DNA of 63,892 nucleotides, counting the filler, from Nemertoderma westbladi (Eukaryota; Animalia; Xenacoelomorpha), in assembly GCA_032718475.1 (NCBI GenBank). It is 3 parts of 3 records of this genome, joined end to end, with 100 filler letters (N's around TTAATTAATTAA, not from the genome) between each part and the next. Parts side by side here need not be neighbours in the genome. Positions count along the whole stretch, not along the records: positions 25,564 to 57,260 come from JAUCBJ010000748.1; 2 more parts are not named here. The stretch is one strand, 5' to 3'. Below the pieces are notes generated by a model, which saw only the letters and a program-made list of their open reading frames with translations, had not been told where the DNA came from and searched no databases. This document shows, piece by piece, positions 26,134 through 38,367 of the stretch. Positions within the stretch are counted from its first letter, which is position 1. Each line of letters begins with the position of its first letter. Made by a program: the position numbers and the translations under genes.

Positions 26134-28056
26134 TATTGTTAATTTTCGCATATTGCTACGGAAACTAGGTAAAATTATAATCGTATAATTTTAAAAAAAT
26201 GTTCTATAAATGTTGTTTTTTCCTAAAATTATACAGTTTTCTTAGAAATTGCTCTGATACGGGATTCTAGAAATTATATGTTGCAGTATATTCATATAAT
26301 TTTATGTATTATCCTATGGTACAGCAATAAAGCTACGGTTTCTTTCTATAATGTACTGTAGCTATATATTTCACATTAAGCCAAATGACCATCTCAATAA
26401 GATTCACAGATTGGCACATTAAATTCTACTCCAGTATTCGTAAGAATGATAACTCCTATTACAATCTGACCTCACCAAAAGCCATGCGAGCATCATTAAA
26501 TAGATAGAAACGGCATAGAAAAAGTGAAGATCTTTTCGCTGTTTACCATCTTATTTAATTTAATTTAATTTTACTGGGGGGGGGGGGGGGGGGGGATTGG
26601 GGGGGGGATTGGGGGTAATAGTGTAACCCGTGTCACCATTATTCTGCCTTTGTATAGCTGTTTTGGCATGTGATTTATGTTCTGGAACATATTTCCGACT
26701 CGGTACATGTGTAATTTTTATGGTAGCTAGTGTTTTCAATGGTAGTTAGTGTAGCCTATTCATAAAAATGGTACAGTAGCTAGTGTTTTTAAAAATACCA
26801 ACAAATCGTATTATTATTATAAATATACATAGTAAAGTTGGCTTATCTTTATTAATTTATCAGTGAAAAGAGTCTAGTATTGAAGAAAATAAAATAACGT
26901 GATTTCTGCAACAATTTATTAAATAGATAATTAAAAAAATATACAGTAGTTGCACAGATTCGGTCGTCCTTACCTTATGTTAGAGGCAATGAGTGCGGAA
27001 ACGAAAACAAAACAAGGAGAGCTCCTTGAAACAAGTGCGAAAAATAGAAAAGAAGGTCTCACGACTCATTCCCAATATAGACCCCACAGAACTATACTGC
27101 TTACAGGCAAAGAGATAACTGGTACTCATTTAACGACCATTTAATTAACAAAGCATATATGCGCCCTGGTTTGGTTAGTACTTTTAAAGCATTTGTGCCA
27201 AAACGAAACGAAAACTATCCTGGCCCGCCTGCAGGGGTAGAACCCCACGACCTCTGGAACGATATTAATTCAAGGAAATGGATTTAAATGCTACAATTTC
27301 AATGCTACTAATGCTTGAAAAAATTTGAATATATGCGTGTTTGTATTAGAACACGATACTTAAAAATACAAAGTAATCTGTCATGTTGTTCGTTCATTCA
27401 ATATGCTCTAATTAACAATAAACACAATATTGCAATGTTCTAGAGTTAATATACGGAAATAATAACCTGAAGCGAATAAAACTGAATAATCACTGATGCC
27501 GTTCCAGAAGCAAATTGACCTGTATAATAACCGAGGCCGCAGGCCGAGGTTATTTTCACTGATAAATAAATAAAGATAAACCAAATTTAATATGGATATT
27601 CGTAATAAAAATACGATTTGTTGGTATTTTTAAAAACACTAGCTACTGTACCATTTTTAAGAATACAGTATACGCCTTGACTATCTACCATTGAAAACAC
27701 TATCTATCACAACAATTTATCATGTAATGAGTCCACAATATGTCCCAGAACATAAATCACTAGCCAAAACAGCTAAAGCATAATTATGGTGACACGGGTT
27801 AGTTACACTAGTACAATAGCTACAGTACATTATTGAAAGAAACCGTAGCAAGTTTGGTATATTGCTGAACCATAGGATAATACATAAAATTATATGAATA
27901 TACTGCAACATATATTTTCTAGAATCCCGTAACAGAGCAATTTCTAAGAAAAGAGTATAATTTTAGGAAAAAACAACATTTATAGAACATTTTTTTAAAA
28001 TTATACGATTATAATTTTACCTAGTTTCCGAAGCAATATGCGAAAATTAACAATAA
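26134..28056. repeat. Large inverted repeat: two oppositely oriented copies of one repeat (~26134-26870 and ~27555-28056)
   Basis: 26134-26330 is the near-perfect reverse complement of 27860-28056; 26660-26860 matches 27570-27790. Confidence 0.85.
26945..27260 (-). mobile_element. Possible tRNA-derived SINE (5'-truncated)
   Basis: Minus strand GAGGTCGTGGGGTTCTACCCCTGCAGGCGGGCCA resembles a tRNA T-arm/B box; no A box seen. Confidence 0.35.
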
Positions 28057-28385
28057 CCTAATATAATAACCTCGGCCTGCGGCCTCGGTAATTATACAGG
28101 TTAATTTGCTTCTGGAACGGCATCAGTGATTATTCAGTTTTATTCGCTTCAGGTTATTTGGAAAACTTCAGGAAATTTCGCACTGTTGTGTCCCTGGGCA
28201 AGACACTTTAGACATTAATGCCAACGCCAACCCAGCGGTATAATGGGAACCTGGCTTTGCTGGGGTAATGATAATAAAGGCGCTTTGAGTATGATGAGCG
28301 TAGAAAAGCGCTATATAAATAACCAATATTATTATTATTATTATTATTATTTCCATATATTAACTCTAGAACATTGCAATATTGT
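27424..28385. mobile_element. MITE with ~130-nt TIRs containing CCGAGGCCGCAGGCCGAGG hairpin motifs; right TIR interrupted by a SINE
   Basis: 27424-27552 is the reverse complement of 28065-28158 plus 28350-28385. Confidence 0.75.
28160..28350 (+). mobile_element. SINE 3' fragment with conserved central box and L2-like tail
   Basis: TGTTGTGTCCCTGGGCAAGACACTT box; AAGCGCTATATAAAT followed by an (ATT)n tail. Confidence 0.65.
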
Positions 28386-28994
28386 ATGTACAGTATATTA
28401 ACGTTAAAAAAAGTCGTAGGCCTATTGTCAGATCTTTAATGAGTAGTACTAGTGTAATAGAATCTAAAATTCTAATGTAATTCTAATTTTCTAATTAAAT
28501 TCTAATTTAGTATAAATAGCAAAAGAATCTAAAATTCCCTACACTCTGGAAAGAGCCAGGTTTTTACGCGAGGGTTAGTCTTTAGCAACACTCGAAATTA
28601 AAATAGCCCCTCGTTAACAAACTGCTACACGCCCGAAAATAAATATCGATAGCTAACAATGTGATCCTTTAATAATATTCTCCAACCTCTCTACTTATTT
28701 TTTAAATCTATTTTTTATATATAGTAGAAATTAGTATTATTGTACATTAGTATACATTACTACTTATATCTTTCCATTGGACGACCAAACAGAAGCAGTC
28801 TTTCTAGTTTATAGGTTGTTGCCAGACAAAAATGAAAACTTTATATAGGATTCACAGAAAGCGTTTTTTTTCCAATTTGCCGGATAGATCTTTTACACTG
28901 GCCGTTTGTGCTATTTATAAACTTATTTGGGGTAAAACATTTAGATGTAAATAATTTTATCTATATCATATTATTAATTAAAAGACGCCGGTAA

Positions 28995-29480
28995 AATATG
29001 GAGGGTGGTGAATATTATCCAAAGCTGCTACAACAAGCATTGAAATACAGAATACCATGGCTCCTGCACTAAAAAGGCGTATTGCTGCTATGGTGAATGC
29101 ATTGAACCAAATACAATATGTCCCCGAGTTTTATGCACATCCGCGGGTTTGCACTGTAATAATAGCCTTAAAATTTGACAAATGAAATAAATGTTTTCGA
29201 TATCATAATAAATATCAGCCAAAAGGCACACTGTCAAAATATGGAGGGGAGCAAAGTTATCCAGACCTGCTAAAACTAGCATCGACATATACTATACCAT
29301 TGCTCGCTCCAGCTCCAGCTCAAGAAGGCGTTGCGGTCAATATCCGCCACTATCTACGTGAATCATTGAACGAAATACAATATGTCCCCGAATTGTATGT
29401 ACACCCGCGGGTTTGCAGAAAAACTGCAATCATAGCTTTAAATTATGACAATAATGTAAATAATATTTTCAAGATCATGC
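28995..29480. repeat. Diverged ~240-nt tandem duplication
   Basis: AAAATATGGAGGG...TTATCCA...CATTGAAC.AAATACAATATGTCCCCGA...CCGCGGGTTTGCA present twice. Confidence 0.75.
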
Positions 29481-29837
29481 TGAATAATAGTAATGAGGCT
29501 TTGGTAATATTCAGGGATGGATATCTTATTTGAGTAATGAAATATGCTTGTCAAATGTAAAATGTCCCGTTTTGTATTGTTTATATCATACCAAGATTTA
29601 ACACAATTATACACATATGTGTATTCCCTCCGACGTGGTGAGTCCCCGGTTTTAAGGTGAAGTGCGTGTTTGGAAAAACGGTGATTGGGTCAATCAAAGG
29701 ATATAGGGTAGATAGGAAATTTTATAGCGATAAAGAATATAATATTTTCAAAAGTATATTGTCAAAAATAATGAATTTGAAAGGTGGTCTCGGTTTGTTT
29801 GTAACAAAGGGATGTCCCCGATTTACACCTTTCACCC

Positions 29838-30167
<330 letters not shown>

Positions 30168-32485
30168 AGATAGTTGCACAAGTTTTATGTTAAGATAAAT
30201 ACCCCTGTGTTTTATGTTAAGAAAAGTATTAAATGTGTTGGATGTTAAGGAAAGTAAATAATATTGTTGGATGTTATGATAAGTAAATAACTTTGTGTGG
30301 TGTCTTAAGAAAGGTAAAACCAAATAAGGTGACGTAGAAGAATACTTTTAAATTACCTACACCTAACACTCTATATAGGTAACTGAAATATTGAGATAAA
30401 AATGAAATATATGTGGATTTGTTTCAAATATTATTTTTATTCCGGTAAAAAAACAGTAATAATCATCTTATAATACGTCAACCTTTCTCTTACAGGTTAA
30501 TATACCTGTTTTTTGGTAGCATAACCAACAAAAATGTAATAACTTAAAAGAAACATCAACTTCAGTACATATGGTGGAATATAAATTTAATTACAAAATG
30601 TTCACATTTATTTAGCGATTTTGGTGTAATTACCTTACTAACTTCATATTAGGTTAATTTATAATTTGCACTTACATTTACTTCATACGGTAAATAGTTT
30701 CAATAACTGAATCATGCAAATATTTTTTTTTTTAGGCAATGAAAAGCTGTTAAAGAATAGAGTTTTCTAACTCAAATTCTCAGCCTCAGTTCATATTCTG
30801 ACGTCAGTTGGAATTCTAACTTCAGTTCATATTTTACTAAATTTAAGAAAGTGAACCATAAATTTGACAATATTTATGACAACTAAATGTTTTATATGCA
30901 GTTTCACGTTAGCAGTCGTTTTTTAAAACTTGTAATTTTGGAATAAAAAAATTCCATGGAGCTGCTGTTATATAAAAAAGAGCTGCAAAATACTATACAC
31001 ATAAGTTACTTCTTGAAATATTGTGTGTACGATAATATATAATAGTTAGAATGTTATTATTGCTTACGGTACAGTATAGTCTACCATGCCGGCTATCATG
31101 CATTATATTGTACAGTAAATATTAAGGTGTTCATGTACGCGCTTTTGTAGACCTTCAGCAGTTTAACCTGCCGAAATTTATATGTCTTTATTGATAAACT
31201 GCCTTTTATAAGATGACAAGATTTAATATAAAAACAAACCAAAACATTAGCCGAAGCCAGTCCATGCGCGTCCAAATGACCCGTTTATAACACCGGGAGA
31301 CTGGATTCGTGGGCTTAAATTTATTTGCGGTCAAGCCTACTGTATTATTCGATTGATTACTAATATATAATCTCTGACAAATATTATTCACTTTCGGGAA
31401 ATATTAGCAGTTCCTTTTAGGACGTGGCGCTCTACCTATGTAAACAGAGTTATGACTGATACTACACACAACGATATGGCTTAAATTTCAAGCATAGGGC
31501 GCATTCTTTAGGAAATGCTTAGTTATCAGATCCAATCACGTTACAATCACGCACGCTACCGGTAACGCACAATACTGCTCACTGATATGCCGACAGTTAC
31601 TGACTTTGATCAGGTATAAAGAGATATGCACTGGACTCATGTAGTGTCTGTCAAACAACATTAGATTCACTACAAACACAATAATAAAAGTCGCAATTGT
31701 TGTACATAACCTTTCTCTCTAACCTGTAGTGTATCAAGGATATTGGGAAAATGTGGGTTGATTATTGATATTCTTCAACTAATAACATCCAATTATACTG
31801 ATACAAAATTACAAACAGTAAAAGCAGTATGACGGTAGGTTAAGATATAATTAGATTGCATTGAATCGTTAAGTTGGAATCGATTGATATGAATTGAATT
31901 GTATTGATTAGATAACAGCTATGCTTTCTATAATTTAGCCTACTAATGTTCTTATAAAAAGGCAGAAAACATTTCGTTATCTCAGAACCGATCTTATAAC
32001 ACTGATAACAAAGTCTCAAAATCATAACAAAGTCCTCGTGACTTCTGGGATACCAGCTCTCTTATTTTCCAAGAGTCCCGTTCAACACATGCAATGAGCA
32101 GTGAGATAGGAAATATTCAGTTCAGTAGGCTGTGATAGGCCGAAATCAGAACTAACTCAACGCAGGGCTATGGGTAACCGAGGCAACCTTCCCAAGCCGG
32201 CTGGCCAATCGAACAGCTCAGATCCCTCCTAGAGGATTCCAACGCCTTGGAGGGGGGGGGGGGGGGGGGGGGAACTGGTTAGCAAAGAAAACAAATCAGT
32301 CATATCCCAGAAAAACCTTTACAGTAGGTTTCAGAGTATTTTAGCGTATGGGGGGAAAACTGGGTTGCGGGGCGAAGGGCCAGTTACATCCCACAGAAGC
32401 TTTTACACCGCTCCCAGAAAATGAGATTGAAGTCTATAAAATATACAAAATCGCAGTTTCTAATATACAAAAATACTCTAAACCG

Positions 32486-33526
32486 TTAGTCTTTCTTGCG
32501 CGGACGGCGTTTACGCAGTTTTTTAAAGCTGGCCAGAGTCCCTTTCTCTTTGGGGCGAGCCACTTTACAAGGAGGGCTATAACTCCTGGGTGAAGGGTGC
32601 AATATAATTGCATCAGAGGGTGCAGGATTGTTGTCGGTGTATCCGCCGGTTGAGGTTCCGGGTAGGTTGCCATCAACATCGGGGGACTGGGGTCTAACGG
32701 CCTTTAGAGCTCGTTTTAGGACGGCTGCTCTCACAGGTCCTCTGCGAGTGGTCTGAACGGAAGCCGTGGGTGGACCGTAGGCTGTCAGAAACTGCCTTGG
32801 TTTAACGGTTCTCTCCAACTCGCGTTCGCGGGCTCGATATTCGTAAGGCCTTCGATAGACTTCTTGTAACTCAGGATGCGAGTTAACGAATAATTCTCCA
32901 TAGTCCAGATCGTGTCGGATAAAATTGATTAAATAATAGGAATGAATATCACTGGGGTTAACTCTCCTAAGGAATTTGCGCACAAACTTAGTCGAAATAC
33001 ATTCTCCGACGCGCTTTAATAGCTCGTAACTCGGGATGCACGCTTTCTGTTCGACAGAAGCGAATAAATACGGATGGAACGCATAAACTCCTTCGTAAGC
33101 GCGTCCAGGGTAGTAGCGATGACGTGAGTTACAATGTAAATCAGCGTTCGCTTCCCAAGCTCGAATATAACGGAGTACAATCATTTCGTCTACACTCTCC
33201 AAGTCTTTATTGAAGGGACAATCAAAGCTGGCGTGTCCTTTCAGCTGACAATGGTGGCATTGCGTCATGAACTGGGGGCAGACAGCAAAAATGTGCGAAT
33301 CATTGAGTCGACAATAAGCGCAGTAAATTTCCATCGAAGGCTGTTCGTGGAAATAGGAACATGGGATATTCGTATCCATAGGCGTAATATGGTCTCTAGA
33401 TGCGCATAACCGACAACGCTGACGATCAACATAGTTGGCATGGCGATAATCGTACGCAGTGAGACACTGTGGGCCTTGATACCATTCGATAATGTAATCG
33501 TTGTCGCTGTTCCGGGGCGTAGTGGG
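32486..33526 (-). CDS. Zinc-knuckle protein segment with basic tail; in-frame continuation of the 1070-aa ORF after one TAA
   Basis: CHHCQLKGHASFDC (CCHC), CAYCRLNDSHIFAVC, plus CRLCASRDH in the 49 open codons (33380-33526) upstream of the listed Met. Confidence 0.7.
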   Translation of the reverse strand, partial: PTTPRNSDNDYIIEWYQGPQCLTAYDYRHANYVDRQRCRLCASRDHITPMDTNIPCSYFHEQPSMEIYCAYCRLNDSHIFAVCPQFMTQCHHCQLKGHASFDCPFNKDLESVDEMIVLRYIRAWEANADLHCNSRHRYYPGRAYEGVYAFHPYLFASVEQKACIPSYELLKRVGECISTKFVRKFLRRVNPSDIHSYYLINFIRHDLDYGELFVNSHPELQEVYRRPYEYRARERELERTVKPRQFLTAYGPPTASVQTTRRGPVRAAVLKRALKAVRPQSPDVDGNLPGTSTGGYTDNNPAPSDAIILHPSPRSYSPPCKVARPKEKGTLASFKKLRKRRPRKKD

Positions 33527-36500
33527 TTAAATCTCCTCAGATTCCATACACATAGGCTCGTCTTCCCAGTGTGTAGCTGCGGTGAGCGTAGTTGACTCTT
33601 CTGGTGGACCTACTGTTTGAATCTCAACGACAGAATAACCTGTGGTGATTCGAGGTCTTTGTATAACAGAAGAATGTAAATTCTCGATACAAATATCCTT
33701 AAATAGGGCAAATCCGGCACTATCCAACTTCTCAGCAGCTGAGTTTCTTAGGCTGAGTTTGGTCAACGCGCGATCTTTAAATTGGCTATCCACGTTGTGG
33801 AACGGGGTTAGAAATCGCCGGAAACATTCAAAGCGTATGAATTTATTAAGTTCATCTAGCTTAGCGAGTTTGGTCCCAAGTATTAACGGATGGGCGCGTA
33901 TAGTACGACTGCACACGTCGGCTAGCCAACCGGAAAGTGCGGTATTTTCCAAGATCGTGTAGATAGCTAAAGAGGGACGGAGTGGAACACTCATGAAGCT
34001 ATACACGGCGCCAGGTGCGGTCAACGGTCCGTCAAAGTATAATCGGGAATAATGGTCTCCATATACTTGTTGATAATTAAGGGGGTTTCCAACCTTGAAA
34101 TTCCATCCGTATTCCTGAAAGGCAATATGTCCGATGGAAGTTCGTTGAACTTTAGTAATGTCGTTAGACGTATTAGCGTACATGGTACGGAAGAAACCTC
34201 GGCCTTCTGCCCAAGGGGCAATTAACTGCGTATCTACGAATGGATATGATGTATCCTCCATATTTCGAAAGTCATTTTGTAGATCTCCATAAACAGCGGA
34301 ACCGATTTTAAGGATCCTTTCATTGAACAACATCTCGAGCACAGGTTGGGGTAGCATCGATCCATCGATACCCATGGCCGGTTTACGTTCGGTGTCAATG
34401 ACGTAACGCTGCGCGAGTACGAATTGACCATGCCGGAGATTCTTTTGTGTTTCGGTGAGAGTTTCAAAAGAATAATCAATCACATCGGAACACGCTCGAG
34501 TAAACACGTGGGTAGAACCGGCTAATCCGCGTATATGGATCATGCGCGTGGTTCCTAATTCTCCGACTGGAACGCTGCCTTCATTATCGTAGGTAACTAC
34601 TCCATACATCTCAATGATATTAAGAGTCTCATTCCACTCTTTTGTAGCGTTCTCGAGAGTCATCCCTACCGGGTGCCACAAGGTAGCACATTGGTTAGCG
34701 TCAGGGAGATCACTATACTTCAAGGATTGAGTGTTACACGTCTCCATATTTCCGTGTCTTTTTATTCTCTCCTCCTCGAATAATACGTCGAGATTCCAAT
34801 GGACTAATCGAGTTTTAATGAATCCATCGAGGTTATAAGGAGGTATCGTATCATTCTCAATTCTAGAAATGTTATATGGTTTTCTAAATGAGTTTACCTT
34901 TACTAACTGATCCAAATGTTTCTGTAATTGCTCGAGTTCGACAATGTCCAGAGGATTTATTAACGGTAGAAACTTCAAGCTATGCATAGGATCTTCCGGT
35001 TTTATCATATAATATTGAGTCAGATTAACGTAATAAGGGTGATCTTTAATCCCATAAAACGAGTTCGTTAAAGGACGAGCGCGTATGTTGACATCGTGTA
35101 CCATACGACGGACAAGATCCGCTCGATTGTCCGGAGGTTCAACGAGTATACCGTCAACGCGAGCAGCTTCGATCGGCGGGCGCTGTAACATGGGGGCGTC
35201 GGCGATAAGCTGGTGTGATCCTGTACTAATATCGACCGGTTGGGGTTGTACTTTCGCGAAGAGTTTATCTCCGAAGTTGGGAATCATCGAGGGATGACGG
35301 ATAGTTTTAGAGTAGAGGTCCGTTATAAGGATTTGGGCTTCGGGTTGAGCTAAAGCGGCTTCTTCCCTCTCGTCCATTTCCGTATGTTTCTTTTCGAGTT
35401 GGTTCTCCTCCGCTCGTTGTCGCATACGCTCGTCTAGAAACTCCTGTAGAGAGTACGTGCGTCCCAGCTCGATGTCGTTCTCGAGGTTTTGTATCTCTCG
35501 ATCGAACTGTGGTAAGGCTAAATCCTTCACCGCTTGGACTTGTTGCTGTAATTTACGTTTCTCGAGGTAATCCTGTGTTCCCTTCCCGATTTTCTGTCGA
35601 ATAGCGTCTAAAGCATTTCTGATAACGCTCTCTTCGACTTCCGTGGCAGGTTGAATCGGGGTTAATCCGGGGCGGTTGTAGGGATTAAATGGCGATATAA
35701 GATGCCCGCGTCCTAATCCGGCTAGGTAGGATGGTCGAATGTCTAAAGAACCCACTACCGGAGTTCCACCTATTAACTGCTCAGGTAACACCAAGTCTTT
35801 GAACAGAGAATATAGTTCGGGAGGATCAGTGATACTATTAGGATCAAGAGTTTGAGGTCTAACGGGGGAATGAGGAGGTCTGACCGAGTATTCCGGAACT
35901 CTGATCATGGGTTTATTGAGTGATCGTTTGAGGCGAGCGACCGTGGGCGATACATCGAATAGGTTTCGCTCGAAACTCCCGTACGTACAACGCGTAAAAC
36001 TATGTTTAGCGCAACGTCTCTGCGGATGTTTATGTCTTTCCGTTTGTTGGTTGGGTCTAGGGCATTCGTCACAATAATACCATAGACGTAAGTCCTGTAG
36101 AGGGAATGCGGGTGATCGTTCTCCAGTTTTGCAATACTCCTCCATTTGTGCAAAGCTATCGGGAACCACGGGTAGTGGACGATCGGCCGTGAGATACATC
36201 ATGGTGAAGTATAGTCGTTGGAGTTCTACCATGGGATCATGATGTATACCTTGAGGATATCGAGTCTCTAGGTTTTGTTGACTGGCGATATTGAGATAAG
36301 TTTCTCTCAAAAATTCCAGGTAATCGTTGAAGTTGATACGCTTATCGGGTTCCTCAACGTTTTCTCGATCGAGCCGGTTACGAATAGAGTTCTCGTGGTC
36401 TATTCTTGGTTTATCGTTACGACTCCGCTGAGCGTGGTATTTAAACAAAACCATTTCTCTTTCGGTGTCTACATCGTCCGTATCATGTAGGTCGATCGGA

Positions 36501-36739
36501 TGGCCGGTGGTTAGAAAGTCCATATACGTACCATTACGATGCGTATAGCGAGCGGTGAATTTTCTATAGTCCAATTCACGCGTGAGTTGCTCTTGGGACA
36601 TCGGCGGTTCGATGTAACGACCATCTTCCTCCGTAGTGGTGGGACCGGGTTCACCACTTATCAAGCTATCCACAAACGCCTGCAAAGGTACATTATATCG
36701 CTCCCTGATACCAAGATCATCTTCTATCAATTCCGTCAT
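33527..36739 (-). CDS. Large retroelement-associated protein: Cys/His motif, coiled coil, DEDDy (WRN/RNase D-like) 3'-5' exonuclease domain
   Basis: 1070-aa ORF; ExoI-like GVVTYDNEG, ExoII-like LPQPVLEMLFNERILKIGSAVYGD, FVDTQ, SIGHIAFQEYG, ExoIII-like PLRPSLAIYTILEN. Confidence 0.65.
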   Translation of the reverse strand: MTELIEDDLGIRERYNVPLQAFVDSLISGEPGPTTTEEDGRYIEPPMSQEQLTRELDYRKFTARYTHRNGTYMDFLTTGHPIDLHDTDDVDTEREMVLFKYHAQRSRNDKPRIDHENSIRNRLDRENVEEPDKRINFNDYLEFLRETYLNIASQQNLETRYPQGIHHDPMVELQRLYFTMMYLTADRPLPVVPDSFAQMEEYCKTGERSPAFPLQDLRLWYYCDECPRPNQQTERHKHPQRRCAKHSFTRCTYGSFERNLFDVSPTVARLKRSLNKPMIRVPEYSVRPPHSPVRPQTLDPNSITDPPELYSLFKDLVLPEQLIGGTPVVGSLDIRPSYLAGLGRGHLISPFNPYNRPGLTPIQPATEVEESVIRNALDAIRQKIGKGTQDYLEKRKLQQQVQAVKDLALPQFDREIQNLENDIELGRTYSLQEFLDERMRQRAEENQLEKKHTEMDEREEAALAQPEAQILITDLYSKTIRHPSMIPNFGDKLFAKVQPQPVDISTGSHQLIADAPMLQRPPIEAARVDGILVEPPDNRADLVRRMVHDVNIRARPLTNSFYGIKDHPYYVNLTQYYMIKPEDPMHSLKFLPLINPLDIVELEQLQKHLDQLVKVNSFRKPYNISRIENDTIPPYNLDGFIKTRLVHWNLDVLFEEERIKRHGNMETCNTQSLKYSDLPDANQCATLWHPVGMTLENATKEWNETLNIIEMYGVVTYDNEGSVPVGELGTTRMIHIRGLAGSTHVFTRACSDVIDYSFETLTETQKNLRHGQFVLAQRYVIDTERKPAMGIDGSMLPQPVLEMLFNERILKIGSAVYGDLQNDFRNMEDTSYPFVDTQLIAPWAEGRGFFRTMYANTSNDITKVQRTSIGHIAFQEYGWNFKVGNPLNYQQVYGDHYSRLYFDGPLTAPGAVYSFMSVPLRPSLAIYTILENTALSGWLADVCSRTIRAHPLILGTKLAKLDELNKFIRFECFRRFLTPFHNVDSQFKDRALTKLSLRNSAAEKLDSAGFALFKDICIENLHSSVIQRPRITTGYSVVEIQTVGPPEESTTLTAATHWEDEPMCMESEEI

Positions 36740-38367
36740 ATCTGCTATCGAAATCCACCAATATTGTAACGAGTTATATATATGTTTTAGGCCAGCGGGC
36801 GTCGCTGCCTACTAATCGCGGCCCCCCGGACAGTGGGATTCTCAGCGCCGATGTACCGCTGTCGCGGTGTTTGCGCCAACGTTGTGGCAACAGCACGACA
36901 ACGATAACCGGCACAAGTCCCTCCACTGTCCGTCCCAAAGGCTTGTAATCACTTGAGGTTCTTGCTATGGGAGAGTTGGGTTATCTTACAATTGCGACTA
37001 GCTACTGTAAACACACTTTAGCAGCAACATTCACCTACAAACGCACAAATTCCACACAACAGCTACCAACTACCATCATACAGGCCATTTGTCCGTTAGT
37101 CAATGCCTTCCAGAATGTCACGTTGTTGTTATTGTGTATCCTTGGATACCAACCGTGTGCTATATAATCACTATGCTAGGTAACGGTACAAGTTTTCTAT
37201 TGTTCTTTTAACTCGTTTCTAATTCTAGCGTGGGTGTTGCTATGGTGACATTATGTAAAGCTAGCGGTAGAATTAGGGTAGTTCTCATGCATACAGATCT
37301 GGGATGCTGTTTGATAGTAAGTCTTTAGTTTGTCAATATCCTCTTTATACATGATTTTATGAATTTTATCGGCTATTGACTATATGTTGGAGATTCTCGC
37401 ACTCTAGCACACTCAATAGGATGAATCTCCGCTCCCGTGATCTATTAATTAGTGGAATTTTGGGAATATTAGAAATTGTGCAAAATGACAATTTATTAAA
37501 TTCATAAAAATATGAATTTTAAACTTATTCCCGTGAATTTAATTATTTGATGGTAAAATTGACACAATTTTGATTCCAGAACATATCTGGGGACATAAGA
37601 TCCTTAATTCTATAAAATGGTCTTTTAAGAATACCGGTAAGTGCTACGATATCTTAATTGACTAGAAATTTTAAAGGATCTGAATTTGACAGATTTTAAT
37701 AAATATTAAATTAATATTTAAGATGGGCACCGATTTATTCCAGAACTTGTCTGGGGACGTTAACCACTGATTCTAGAATTTGTCTTTCAAGTATATCGGT
37801 GGGTGCCACGATATCTTAATCGACTAGAATTACAGATGGTCAAAAAGTTTAACAGATTTATTTGCGTTTTACGCTACTGTTAGAGGGACATCACGCTACT
37901 ATATGTATTATTTAATATAGGTAGAAGAGCAATATCGCATGAAGCAATGTCAGTGTGAAGAGGCAAGTCGTTTCCAAGGTCTACCCAGAGCTTGGTTTAG
38001 CCGAGACACGAGGATCTGAACTTTGCATTCCTAATACTCTGCCTACCAATAATACATGAAATATAGTAGTGGCTTTATTGTACTTTAATAAGTACGGACA
38101 TATCATCTTACTATAGTCTCGCATTTATAATATAATACGGACAGTAAGGAAAGAGAAAATAATTGTTTCTCGCCGTCGCACTAAGTATATTAGGTAATTA
38201 CGTAATAAACACTAATATATTGCACTAGTCTACTAAATAATCCAAAAATAACACTCTACTTAACTAAAATTAAATAAAAACGATTATAATAAAGTAAATA
38301 ATAATATTTATATATAAAATAAATAAAACAGAGAAAATGTTATAGTCATACGCTCACTCCAGACGCA

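Noticed and set aside
31439-31706. Possible LTR (TGTA...TACA with TATAAA and AATAAA) closing the BEL element
   Set aside because: No matching TSD, no second copy in the window, and the signals point to the opposite strand
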